Below are positions 29,174 through 38,810 of a stretch of 64,000 bases of DNA, piece after piece; the stretch's first letter is position 1; every line of letters begins with the position of its first letter. A program made the translations under genes and the position numbers. Source of the DNA: Thiotrichaceae bacterium UBA973 (GTDB lineage: Bacteria > Pseudomonadota > Gammaproteobacteria > Eutrophobiales > Eutrophobiaceae); contig DBBX01000003.1 of NCBI GenBank assembly GCA_002292815.1, positions 8,160 to 72,159 on the forward strand. Reading direction: 5' to 3'. Under the pieces are notes generated by a model. It made no database searches. It was not told where the DNA came from and saw nothing but the letters and a program-made list of their open reading frames with translations.

Positions 29174-30082
29174 ATGCCCGATATAAAAGAAATAGAATCC
29201 GAGCTAGGTATCGATACAAAAGCAGCCATTATAGAACCGGTACAACATCCTGATCTGGCTGAACATAAAATTCACCTGCATATTAAACGTGATGATCTAT
29301 TACACCCGATCATATCTGGTAATAAATGGCGAAAACTTAAATACTCACTGCTGCATGCGTTAAATAAAGAGCATCAACATCTTATTAGTATGGGGGGCGC
29401 TTATTCAAATCATCTACATGCCCTCGCCTATGTCGGACACAAACTAAAACTGAAAACCACAGGCCTAATCCGCGGAGAACAACCCAAAAAAGACAACCAG
29501 ACTTTATCCGACCTGCGACAATGGGGAATGGAATTAGAATTTGTCAGTCGCGGTGCATTTCGAGAACTTAGAAAATACCGTAACTATGATTCTGAACCCG
29601 CTAAAAAATATGATGGGTTCTGGATTCCGGAAGGTGGCGCAAGTCATGAGGCATTACCTGGTGTTGGTGAAATTCTAAAAGAGATTGATATGGATTTTGA
29701 TACGCTGACATTAGCCTGTGGCACGGGAACCACGCTAGCAGGAATAGCAAAGGCGCTTCCAGGCACTAAAAAAGTACTCGGCTTTTCCGCACTTAAAGGT
29801 GGCGGGTTTCTAGAGAAGGATATTAAAAAATTGTTACACACGAAAGGCATGCCAAATTGGTCGGTTAACTTCGACTATCACTTTGGCGGTTTTGCTAAAT
29901 CAACTGATGAATTGATTTCATTCATGAATGAATTTCAGTCACACAACAACATACCACTGGAACCGTTATATAACGGCAAGATGTTATTTGGATTATTTGA
30001 CCTGATTAAAAACAATAGATTTAAAAAAGGACATAATATCATTGCTATACATACTGGCGGGCTGCAAGGGAACCGAGAATGA
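29174..30082 (+). CDS. PLP-dependent ACC deaminase / D-cysteine desulfhydrase family protein
   Basis: KRDDLLHPIISGNKWRKL (PLP Lys) and C-terminal HTGG motif. Confidence 0.7.
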   Translation: MPDIKEIESELGIDTKAAIIEPVQHPDLAEHKIHLHIKRDDLLHPIISGNKWRKLKYSLLHALNKEHQHLISMGGAYSNHLHALAYVGHKLKLKTTGLIRGEQPKKDNQTLSDLRQWGMELEFVSRGAFRELRKYRNYDSEPAKKYDGFWIPEGGASHEALPGVGEILKEIDMDFDTLTLACGTGTTLAGIAKALPGTKKVLGFSALKGGGFLEKDIKKLLHTKGMPNWSVNFDYHFGGFAKSTDELISFMNEFQSHNNIPLEPLYNGKMLFGLFDLIKNNRFKKGHNIIAIHTGGLQGNRE

Positions 30083-30151
30083 TTTACTTGTTATACCAAC
30101 TTCAGATAACAGCATATGTTGAAACTAGCGGGATAGACTCCCATTATAAAA

Positions 30152-30829
30152 TTACCACGTCATATTTCTAATTCGTTCAGCTACAATTTCCAAAAGACCA
30201 AGCTCGGCTTCCTGCGCAGGTGGGTAATCAATTGATTCCAGGATATGCTGACGCTCGCGTTCAATTTTTTCATCTATCGAACGTGCGTCTGGCAAATAAC
30301 CGGTCTCATTCCTCTCATTCAAAATCTCGGCACACAATCTTTCTTCCGTCTTATGTAAAAAATCATTTATGAAGGTATCAAAATTGTTTCCATGATCAGA
30401 ACGCTTATTATAGTTTTCAATTATTGAGGCACGAAGCGCTAATGCCTTTTCTATACCTTCATACATTTCGCCTTTGGTCAGGCTTTTTTTACTTAGGTAG
30501 TTATGAACCCCTGCCTTATGGACACGTTCAGCGATTTTATCATTATCCATCCCGGTCAAAATGACAGTGGCCGGGAAGTATTCTGATTTCTTATATTTAT
30601 TAAACCAGTCCAGTCCGGTTTCGTTTTTGCCTAAATAGTAGTCCAGGATTAATACATCGTATTTCTCCCAATCGAAATCCATTGGCGGATGTCCTTTTAC
30701 GGGAAAATCGTATGTCTCTATATCCGCTTTGGGATACAAACTACCTAAACGGATCATTAACGCTTTTCGATAATCAATATCATCATCAATGATTAAAATA
30801 CGACGTATTTCTGTTTCCATCTGGACCAT
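30152..30829 (-). CDS. orphan response regulator (REC domain) with an uncharacterised about 90-aa C-terminal extension
   Basis: ILIIDDD ... ILDYYL ... acidic pocket and conserved Lys (YLSKK). No HTH/output domain recognised; no kinase nearby. Confidence 0.65.
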   Translation of the reverse strand: MVQMETEIRRILIIDDDIDYRKALMIRLGSLYPKADIETYDFPVKGHPPMDFDWEKYDVLILDYYLGKNETGLDWFNKYKKSEYFPATVILTGMDNDKIAERVHKAGVHNYLSKKSLTKGEMYEGIEKALALRASIIENYNKRSDHGNNFDTFINDFLHKTEERLCAEILNERNETGYLPDARSIDEKIERERQHILESIDYPPAQEAELGLLEIVAERIRNMTW

Positions 30830-30914
30830 CCTGATTAACTTTCTTGTATCAAGTTTATATTCTTATATTAGTAAACGTAACTCGATTAATCATTAAGAAT
30901 TAATCTTTAATTTC

Positions 30915-31775
30915 TCATGTTGCATCATGACATACCTTCAACAAGTCATCACCGTGTCGACTTACCGTTTTCTCACCTAGTTTATCAATTTTTAATAATT
31001 CTGACTTATTCTCAGGTAACTGCTTTGCTATCTCTATAAGCGCATGATCAGCCAGGATCCATTTTCTGGGTCTGTTTCTTTTTCGAGCAGTTAACTCGCG
31101 CCAGGCGGCAAGTTTTTTAACGACAGCTAATTGTTTGCCTTTCATCCTTTTTGCGGCAAACATCTTCTTCCACATTAAGCCCGGATCGGGTTTATAGGTC
31201 TCGGCTTTAATCAGGTTTGCCAATTTTTGATTTAACGACGTTTGATCTTCAACCGTTTTTAATTTTTCAACAAACATTTCATAGACCTTCCCAAGATAGA
31301 TGACATCATCCGCAGCGTATCTGAGCATATCTTCAGATAAGGGTCGTCTCTTCCAATCTGCGCGGGCATGACCTTTTTCGAGTTCTATGCTCAAAGCTTC
31401 CTTAACTAAATTTCCATAACCTATTCCTTGTGCATAACCCAATAATGGCGCAGCAAGTTGTGTATCAAATAATGGTGCCGGGACTGCTTCTTCTATATTG
31501 AAAAATATTTCAAGATCTTGATGCGCAGAGTGTAATACTTTTGTGATTGAAGACTGATACAACAGCTCTAACAAGGGTGTTATATCTTGAATTTCGATAG
31601 GGTCTATGACTGCTGTGATATCACCATTGGATACCTGTACCAAACATAGCTCTGGATAATATGTGCTTACCCGTTCAAATTCAGTATCTACCGCTAACCA
31701 TGTTGATGATACTAATTGTTCGCATAACAGTCTTAATGATTCTTCATCTTCTATGAAACTGAATACTTCAGACAT
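30915..31775 (-). CDS. rnd: RNase D-like 3'-5' exonuclease (short form, DEDDy)
   Basis: Exo motifs AVDTEF, HSAHQDLE, YAADDV; HRDC-like C-terminal region; shorter than E. coli Rnd. Confidence 0.7.
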   Translation of the reverse strand: MSEVFSFIEDEESLRLLCEQLVSSTWLAVDTEFERVSTYYPELCLVQVSNGDITAVIDPIEIQDITPLLELLYQSSITKVLHSAHQDLEIFFNIEEAVPAPLFDTQLAAPLLGYAQGIGYGNLVKEALSIELEKGHARADWKRRPLSEDMLRYAADDVIYLGKVYEMFVEKLKTVEDQTSLNQKLANLIKAETYKPDPGLMWKKMFAAKRMKGKQLAVVKKLAAWRELTARKRNRPRKWILADHALIEIAKQLPENKSELLKIDKLGEKTVSRHGDDLLKVCHDAT

Positions 31776-31782
31776 ATTATTG

Positions 31783-32391
31783 TTATATCGCTCCAGACTC
31801 TTTTAATATTAAACTGATAGTCTCAGCCATTACACGATAACCATCCTTGTTGGGATGCACCGTATCTGACTTCAGTCCATTGTCACCTAGTACTTCCGGT
31901 ATTAAATCCTCAATGAAAATAATTTCAGTTGTATCGGCGATCTTTTTATAGACCTCAAAAGAAGATAAAAATAAACCAGGCTTTGGCACACCAAGCATAA
32001 TAACAGGGATGTTTTTATCTTTGGCCAACTGGATCATATTACGAATATTCGCTTCCATTTTATGGATATCTTTTTTACGTAATAGATCATTACCGCCATG
32101 ACATAAGATTAATAATTGAGGTTTATATTGCTCTAATACACCAGGCAATCGTCTTAATCCTGGCCCGGATTCTTCACCAGAAATGCCGGCATTAATAACC
32201 GTACGACCCGTTAACTCCTGCAATACTGTTGGATAACTTTCACTCTCTTTTGCACCGTTGCCATGGGTAAGGCTGTCACCAAAGGCAAGAATGACTGCGT
32301 CACCGGGCAACCTGGATAGATCAGGAACATCATCAGCACAAGCACTAAGCAAGACAAATAATACTGTGCTTAATAAGAGATTAATTTTCAT
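31783..32391 (-). CDS. SGNH/GDSL hydrolase (arylesterase/TesA-like) lipoprotein
   Basis: GDSLT block I, GGNDL block III, DxxH block V; lipobox LSAC. Confidence 0.75.
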   Translation of the reverse strand: MKINLLLSTVLFVLLSACADDVPDLSRLPGDAVILAFGDSLTHGNGAKESESYPTVLQELTGRTVINAGISGEESGPGLRRLPGVLEQYKPQLLILCHGGNDLLRKKDIHKMEANIRNMIQLAKDKNIPVIMLGVPKPGLFLSSFEVYKKIADTTEIIFIEDLIPEVLGDNGLKSDTVHPNKDGYRVMAETISLILKESGAI

Positions 32392-32440
32392 TGCGATTAT
32401 ATTGAATTAAGCAGTTAAACCGAGAATTGATTAAACGAAA

Positions 32441-32680
32441 TCACTCTTCACTTTCTTCGCTTGATTCTAAATCATCATAAGCTTCGAGTTTTTTTCTATA
32501 TGCCGTTATTTCTTTTTCAAAATAACTAAGCTGTGCTTTTAATGATTCATTTTCATTCTTGAGTAGAGCAATCATTTCATTTGCCTCTTCAAGACTTGTC
32601 ACTTCTGCCTTAGCAGTTGAAAAAGAAAGAATCAGCATAAAACCAATAATAAAGACAGATAATTTATTTTTTATATTCAT
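32441..32680 (-). CDS. small secreted coiled-coil protein
   Basis: Signal peptide plus heptad-like EE/K-rich helix. Confidence 0.35.
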   Translation of the reverse strand: MNIKNKLSVFIIGFMLILSFSTAKAEVTSLEEANEMIALLKNENESLKAQLSYFEKEITAYRKKLEAYDDLESSEESEE

Positions 32681-32805
32681 TTTTATTACCCCCGGTTAAG
32701 AATATTTTTAGTTTATTTAAATACCAGAACAAACCTGACGTTGATATTACCTAAAGTACATCTTGTCTATTTTACTCATTCAGTTCAAATAAGATAATAT
32801 ATTAA

Positions 32806-33054
32806 TTAAATTGAGTTTTTTCGGTTTTTTTTGATACTAATTGCAATACTGCTTATAGCACCACCACCCTGCTTCGCGTGCTTAATAAATTTCAGGTTAG
32901 GTAAACTCAATTCACTATCCAAAGCACGCATATCGTTTGAAATAACTTTATGAGCCTTTGTCTCTGAGGTCATCGTGATGTCTTCTGTCGAGACTGATTT
33001 TATTTTATCTATAAAGGCACTATCTCGCTGAACATTAAAGACAAAGGTAGCCAA
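32806..33054 (-). CDS. hypothetical protein (82 aa)
   Basis: ORF only. Confidence 0.25.
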   Translation of the reverse strand: MATFVFNVQRDSAFIDKIKSVSTEDITMTSETKAHKVISNDMRALDSELSLPNLKFIKHAKQGGGAISSIAISIKKNRKNSI

Positions 33055-33092
33055 GCATAAAAAACAAACTGTTGATCAAATCACGATTGTAG

Positions 33093-33533
33093 TTAAATAT
33101 CATCATTACGATTCTCCTGATATTTGAACCCTGCCAATGTTGCTTTCTTGATCTTATCTACCACACTATGTAATTCATGATCGCTATAAGCCTTGCCTGG
33201 CACAGTCCCCCATATCGGTGCTGGCCATGTCGCATCGTTATGATAACGAACCACATGATGAATATGACATTGCGGGACGATATTGCCTAATGCCGCAATA
33301 TTCATTTTATCACCATGAAACGACTGCATTAGAACCTCAGCGAGCAACGAAGACTCGCTTAATAATTGCTGTTGATCTGCTTCTGATAATTGATATATCT
33401 CGCTGATACCCTCACGATCCGGGACAAGGATGAACCAGGGATAATTAGCGTCACGCATTAATAATAAATAACATAGGGAAAACCGACCAAGGATCAGACA
33501 ATCTTTTAATAATTGTGGATGGATTTCAGCCAT
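33093..33533 (-). CDS. HIT-family (histidine triad) protein
   Basis: HIT motif CHIHHVV. Start at MAEIH; its ATG overlaps the sprT stop (ATGGCTGA). Confidence 0.6.
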   Translation of the reverse strand: MAEIHPQLLKDCLILGRFSLCYLLLMRDANYPWFILVPDREGISEIYQLSEADQQQLLSESSLLAEVLMQSFHGDKMNIAALGNIVPQCHIHHVVRYHNDATWPAPIWGTVPGKAYSDHELHSVVDKIKKATLAGFKYQENRNDDI

Positions 33534-34047
33534 GCTTAGCGACCAGGATCTGCATACAGCGCCGACAATGATAGCGCACACCTTTTAATGCCCGATTGTG
33601 CCTGATTTTGGTTAACTCATAAGTGCGACAGGGACAGGCATAAGCATATCGTTTGTACTGCCTGGTAGGGACACCATCCAGATCAAAACTACAGGTCACA
33701 CTTGGGTCAGCATTAAACACCGCCATGACATCTCGCCATTCTTTTCCATGTGGCAACGTTTTTCTTAGGCCATGTAAAACATCAACGACGTAATGCGCCA
33801 CTTCATGCGGCACCGTTGTCATTAGATTTTCAGTAAAATACTTGGCAAATATATAGGGGTTATATCGAATCATGCGCTGGGTTTGCTTTACTTTATACAT
33901 ACCGGCAGCCCTGCCCTTCAAATCGAACAATACCGGGATGGGCTCGAATGAATATTCTAATGCGGTACTGGCTTGATAAATACAGGCCTCAGTCGCAGCA
34001 ATGATCTGCTCTTGCTGCTCTGCCTGAATGGGTACGATATCTAACAT
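33526..34047 (-). CDS. sprT: SprT-family zinc metalloprotease
   Basis: HEVAH zinc motif and C-terminal Cys4 ribbon (CPCRTY ... CRRC); collinear with E. coli SprT. Confidence 0.8.
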   Translation of the reverse strand: MLDIVPIQAEQQEQIIAATEACIYQASTALEYSFEPIPVLFDLKGRAAGMYKVKQTQRMIRYNPYIFAKYFTENLMTTVPHEVAHYVVDVLHGLRKTLPHGKEWRDVMAVFNADPSVTCSFDLDGVPTRQYKRYAYACPCRTYELTKIRHNRALKGVRYHCRRCMQILVAKHG

Positions 34048-34375
34048 TAGACGAACTCTGCCACATCGTAAGGGAAGCGGCAATCTCTTACCGTTTGCTA
34101 CTACGCCACCATATTAAGAAGCTCTTCAAATAAGGCGCTTAAGGATAAGTGCAAAGATTTGTCAGGCTGCTATATCGTTTGCATTTACCAAGGAAAATTA
34201 ATGGGCGTCTGATTGTCCAATTCAAAGCCTGACCAGTGCGGAAATAATATAATTTCATGCTTTAAGCAATACTGCGTCCTCACAGGAAGAAAGTAGTATT
34301 TTTGCAGAAGATAGATTTAGCTTTGGCGATTTAATCGATATAATAAATCCGCTTCAACATATCCCTGTTGTGAGT

Positions 34376-34823
34376 TCAATATATCGCAAGATTACTGGCG
34401 ATACTATCGCATCCGCTATAAGGAGTAACGCTATCAAAGACTAATGTATGCGGATCACTCACATCATCATTTGGCATAGCATATTTTTTAATCTCAGCTG
34501 TAGCAGGGTCCAAGCGACCGATATAACCCCGCGTGTTACCGGCATACCAAACAATGCCTTGGTCATCGATAATTAAGTTATGTGGCCGTACATCATCACC
34601 CATATTATATTTCTTAAATTCACCCGAGGCTTGGATCAAGCACGGCGATATAAGCACCGAGCTGCCCACAAAACCAGACCCTCCCATCAGGGGCAACATA
34701 AGGATCTCGAGGTCGAGAATCTTCATAAGGGACTTGCCATTCCTTGATGTCCAGCGACATAGCTTCGGCAACAACAATATCGGCAAAGAGGAGCAGTAAT
34801 ATAAATAAATGATTATGTTTCAT
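34376..34823 (-). pseudogene. frameshifted remnant of a Vgb/SMP-30-like beta-propeller protein (two overlapping ORF fragments, truncated)
   Basis: ORF 34620..34823 (signal peptide + DGRVWFCGQLGAYIAVLDP) and ORF 34376..34786 (DDQGIVWYAGNTRGYIGRLDPATAEIKKY) both carry Vgb-type propeller repeats. They overlap in different frames; total length is far below the about 300 aa of the family. Confidence 0.5.
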
Positions 34824-34929
34824 ATCGAATAAGCCTGATTTCTATTTATTATAGACACCAATTAGCCGATAGTAGCTAGCGCGTCATCTGTTGATTCCTT
34901 TTATTTACTCTTTCTTTTAAACTCTGAAC

Positions 34930-35808
34930 ATGTCTTTATCTATCCCCACATCATTGTTATGGCTCCCGGAAGCCACAGTGAACACATTATTACAATATTA
35001 TGATTATCCCAATCCTAATAAGCCCGGTGAGATTATTGAAGGTTATGACAAACACCATGCGCTCAGAACAGCAAAGATGTGTGCCGCAGTTGCACATCAT
35101 CTGGGGCATGATGATGAGAGGGTTCGTCAATATCAAATAGCCTGCTTACTGCATGACATGGGACGTGCAGGGCTTGATCAAGACCTGTTTGGAAAAATCT
35201 GGACCTGGGCTCGAACCGAGGGAATTCCAACGCGACCGGCAGAGTGGCGTGCGGTACACCCGGAGACAACATACGGTAATGAAACCGAAGCATTTTGGGC
35301 ATTGTATCTATCCCGGTTAGAGGGACTAGGTATAAAAACCGAGGCATGGACAAAAGAACAAGTAGAAATGCGCCTAGGCTATTCTAGACGGTTAAGTCGA
35401 CTCATAAAACAGGTAGAACCGAAACTTAAACAAGACGGTATTCGATGGTTGGATTGGATGGAGCTAGTCACGCTCTATTATTATTACCCGGAAAAACTGG
35501 ATGATGCCCCTGACTGGGTGCATGAGCTAGGAGAGATACTGGTCGCTTGCGAACAACTGGAAGCCTATAGTAATCGCGAACGTGGCAGTGACTACTATAA
35601 TCGAAATGATGAGAACTTTATTGATGCTTTCAATTATCTGGAAGGCTTAAAAGAAAAAGGGCAGCTCAGTGATAAGGTTCTATCGGCGGTTCGTTTGTTA
35701 ACCGGACAAGGTCTGTTTGACACTATATTGGCAGAAGCTCGCGACGGACAGTTATTAGATAAGGACTTAGATTATCTTCGTTCTTTAAATACCCAAGCTA
35801 CAGCTTAA
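34930..35808 (+). CDS. HD-domain metal-dependent phosphohydrolase-like protein
   Basis: H...HD metal motif (HHALRTAKM ... CLLHDMGR). Confidence 0.55.
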   Translation: MSLSIPTSLLWLPEATVNTLLQYYDYPNPNKPGEIIEGYDKHHALRTAKMCAAVAHHLGHDDERVRQYQIACLLHDMGRAGLDQDLFGKIWTWARTEGIPTRPAEWRAVHPETTYGNETEAFWALYLSRLEGLGIKTEAWTKEQVEMRLGYSRRLSRLIKQVEPKLKQDGIRWLDWMELVTLYYYYPEKLDDAPDWVHELGEILVACEQLEAYSNRERGSDYYNRNDENFIDAFNYLEGLKEKGQLSDKVLSAVRLLTGQGLFDTILAEARDGQLLDKDLDYLRSLNTQATA

Positions 35809-35817
35809 GGAAAAAAG

Positions 35818-36240
35818 ATGGCCGTAATAACACAACAATTCTCATTAGATATGCAAGGCGCAACACAGATTGAGAATATTACAGAAAAAGTTCAAAACGG
35901 TTTATTAGAGTCCGGGCTTATAGCAGGCATTGTGACACTCTTCATTAAACACACCACGGCATCGATAATGATCTTTGAAGATGAACCCGGTTTGCGGATA
36001 GATACAAAAAATATTTGGGATAAATTAATCCCTGCCAAACCTGAATGGCAACATAATACACGCAACGCGGGAGAGACTAATGGTCATAGTCACTTGCGTG
36101 GTCAAATACAAGGTCAGTCATTGACTATTCCATTTACAGAACAGACATTGATGTTAGGTACCTGGCAACAGATCGTTGTCATAGATTTTGATACCGCTGC
36201 GCGTACACGAAATATTATTTCCCAAATTATTGGAGAATAA
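35818..36240 (+). CDS. yjbQ: YjbQ/UPF0047 family protein (secondary thiamine-phosphate synthase-like)
   Basis: 140 aa; conserved HTTASI and GHSHLRG motifs of UPF0047. Confidence 0.75.
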   Translation: MAVITQQFSLDMQGATQIENITEKVQNGLLESGLIAGIVTLFIKHTTASIMIFEDEPGLRIDTKNIWDKLIPAKPEWQHNTRNAGETNGHSHLRGQIQGQSLTIPFTEQTLMLGTWQQIVVIDFDTAARTRNIISQIIGE

Positions 36241-36251
36241 ATTTGATAAAC

Positions 36252-37127
36252 CTAATATGGTTCTACATGAATAAAGGCATCACCGACATTAAATTGTTCT
36301 TCAATTAATATCTCGACCTGATCGGCAATTTTATGTGATTCTTCTGTAGTCAGTTCTGCATCTACAGAGATTACGATGTCGATAGCAATGTCGGATCCTA
36401 TCCAGCGCGATCGTATACGATCTGCAGCTTTAACGCCTTGGATAGTTATTACTGCAGTTTTAATATCTTCAGGATCAATTGCATACTCATCAACAAGCAC
36501 GGGAAAGGCGCTTTTATATAAATTATATGCAAGATAAAATACAAATCCAGCAACGCCCAGAGCACAAAGTCGATCAAGTATTAAAAAGCCCATGCTTGAT
36601 AATTGCCAGCCAATAATCACAACAACCGTCGTTAAAACATCGGCAAAGGTATGTGCTGCATCGGCAAGCATAATCCCGGATTGCAGACGACGAGCCCAAT
36701 ATCGTTGCCAAGTTGCCAGAACGATATTCACGATTAGCACACCAACCATTAATACAAGCTCCCAAGTGCCACTGACGATTTCCGTTGTCTCTTTAGTAAA
36801 TGCACTTTTAGCAATTTCTATTGCCATTACAGCAAGTAACGTTGCCAGGCCAAATACGGCTAATGTTTCAAATTTTCGATGACCATACGGATGTTCACGA
36901 TCAGCTGGCATAGCCGATAAGCGTAATACAATCCAGGCAACAATATTATTAGCAACATCCGTTAATGAATGAATACAGTCGGCGAGTATGGCAAGTGAAT
37001 TGGTAGATAAACCAACAAATAGTTTAACAAGGAGCACCAGTATATTCGCACAACCCTCAAGTATAATTAAGCGTTGAACCTTTCTGTCACGGTCAGTGTA
37101 TTCGGTATGGTTGGGTTCGCTTGTCAT
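36252..37127 (-). CDS. cation diffusion facilitator (CDF) family metal efflux transporter
   Basis: 6 TM + C-terminal cytoplasmic domain; LADxxHSLxD motif in TM2 and HxxxD in TM5. Confidence 0.8.
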   Translation of the reverse strand: MTSEPNHTEYTDRDRKVQRLIILEGCANILVLLVKLFVGLSTNSLAILADCIHSLTDVANNIVAWIVLRLSAMPADREHPYGHRKFETLAVFGLATLLAVMAIEIAKSAFTKETTEIVSGTWELVLMVGVLIVNIVLATWQRYWARRLQSGIMLADAAHTFADVLTTVVVIIGWQLSSMGFLILDRLCALGVAGFVFYLAYNLYKSAFPVLVDEYAIDPEDIKTAVITIQGVKAADRIRSRWIGSDIAIDIVISVDAELTTEESHKIADQVEILIEEQFNVGDAFIHVEPY

Positions 37128-37188
37128 TAGAAAATTTAATCCGTTAACACTAGCAAGCTTTAAAACTTATTAAGTAGCTGATTGGAAA

Positions 37189-38091
37189 TTATATTTCATT
37201 TTTTTCTGTAAAATCTTTACACCTGTTGGTGAACGACCGCACACTAGCTGGAATAGGTACTCTCAATGTAGCCAGTTTGATCAGAAGAACACCACCTTCT
37301 TTAATTAAACGATAGGCATACATAAATTGTATGTTTTTCTTATCATTTATATCAGTCAACAGGCTGTTCAAGCTGTCTTCGTATTCTTCTTTGGCTGCTA
37401 TGTAGCTTGGCCAGACATCAAACATTACCGGGTCGGTACGAATTGTTTCACAAGTCATCTTAGCCATGATACCCAATTCGAGGATCTTATTATTGACATC
37501 AGAAAAAGCACCATCCCCTATCGTGACAGTACATATTGCACTTGTGATCTTATCAATTTCTGACATGGTTTGAGAGATCTTGATATATCGGCTTTGAAAA
37601 AAATCTTCTATCGGCAAAGAGAAAACCTTGAACGGTTCACCCCAAAGTTCGTCAACACCTTCCCCACCATCAGCAAGCTTGATATTTTTTCCTAAAGCCA
37701 ATGCCTCTATAAAACATCTGCCACACTCACGCAGTAGCTCATTGCTGGTTTCAATCTTAACCCCCGCTTCTTCAAGCTCAACAATTGCCGTTAAAATTTG
37801 TCGTCCTCGATTTAATAATGAACCCGCTAACATTGCACCTTTAACACGTTTTCTTGCCGGATTATCTTCGGCCTCATAAACCGCACGAATATCATCCAAA
37901 CGCTTGCTGGGTGTATTGATTCCCTGCTCCACATGATGGAACACTCGGCGCGTTAATTGATCGATCATTTGTTTCTTGTCAGCATAGCTATCCTTATGTA
38001 AGTGATAACTTCTAATCCAGTAACCATCGTAATATACGCACGATTTACCCGCGATATCACGCGTCGTACCATTTTCCACTTCATCAGACAT
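37189..38091 (-). CDS. hypothetical protein (300 aa), divergently paired with 38296..38790
   Basis: Long ORF with protein-like composition; no family recognised. Confidence 0.4.
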   Translation of the reverse strand: MSDEVENGTTRDIAGKSCVYYDGYWIRSYHLHKDSYADKKQMIDQLTRRVFHHVEQGINTPSKRLDDIRAVYEAEDNPARKRVKGAMLAGSLLNRGRQILTAIVELEEAGVKIETSNELLRECGRCFIEALALGKNIKLADGGEGVDELWGEPFKVFSLPIEDFFQSRYIKISQTMSEIDKITSAICTVTIGDGAFSDVNNKILELGIMAKMTCETIRTDPVMFDVWPSYIAAKEEYEDSLNSLLTDINDKKNIQFMYAYRLIKEGGVLLIKLATLRVPIPASVRSFTNRCKDFTEKNEI

Positions 38092-38295
38092 AGTAAGTTT
38101 TTAAGACCATTTAACCGTTAAAATTAGACGACACAATATATGCGGCATATTGTAATACTTCTGGGCAAATCCTCATACCCAGACAAGCAGGATTTATCCA
38201 TCTATGAAGAAAGACCGATCTGGAACAGTCCAACATAACACCAAATATAATTCGCCCTGTATAGATGGGTTTAAACTCGCTATGCTGTTAATGGA

Positions 38296-38790
38296 ATGCC
38301 AAATAACATCAATCAGCTTGATAGGATTGCCAGTAAAACGATCATACAGTTCACCGAAACTGATCCCGCCAACTTAAAGGTCGATGCCGTTGTCGAGGAA
38401 CAGGACACAAACCTATTGCCCGGTAAGGCTCCTGTCATCTTGGAAACCGTTGAAAGCTTTCCTGCACTGGTTGATAACATGGAGCAACAGATTCGCGAGA
38501 TACCCGGTAGTGTCATCGTTAAAAGATCCAAGCCTAGACGATTGATTGCGATTATCTACGATATTGAACACACACCCATTTGCAAGGAAGCATGGGGCCA
38601 GGAAGTGTTACAGAAAATATTTGCACAATGTTATCAGCACAAGATTAACAGTCTCGCTATGCCGCTATTAGCTACTACTTATGGGAAACTAACAGACGAA
38701 ACCATCATAGATTTATTACAGGAACTTCTAATAAAGAATCAACATCATTATCCAAAAAGGATATTTATTTACGAAAAGCAGGAAGATTAA
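38296..38790 (+). CDS. hypothetical protein, possibly macro-like fold (tentative)
   Basis: SLAMPLLATTYGKL resembles the IAFPAISTGIYG block of macro domains; no NAAN-like block. Confidence 0.35.
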   Translation: MPNNINQLDRIASKTIIQFTETDPANLKVDAVVEEQDTNLLPGKAPVILETVESFPALVDNMEQQIREIPGSVIVKRSKPRRLIAIIYDIEHTPICKEAWGQEVLQKIFAQCYQHKINSLAMPLLATTYGKLTDETIIDLLQELLIKNQHHYPKRIFIYEKQED

Positions 38791-38810
38791 TGCTACTTAC
38801 TCGAACTTTT

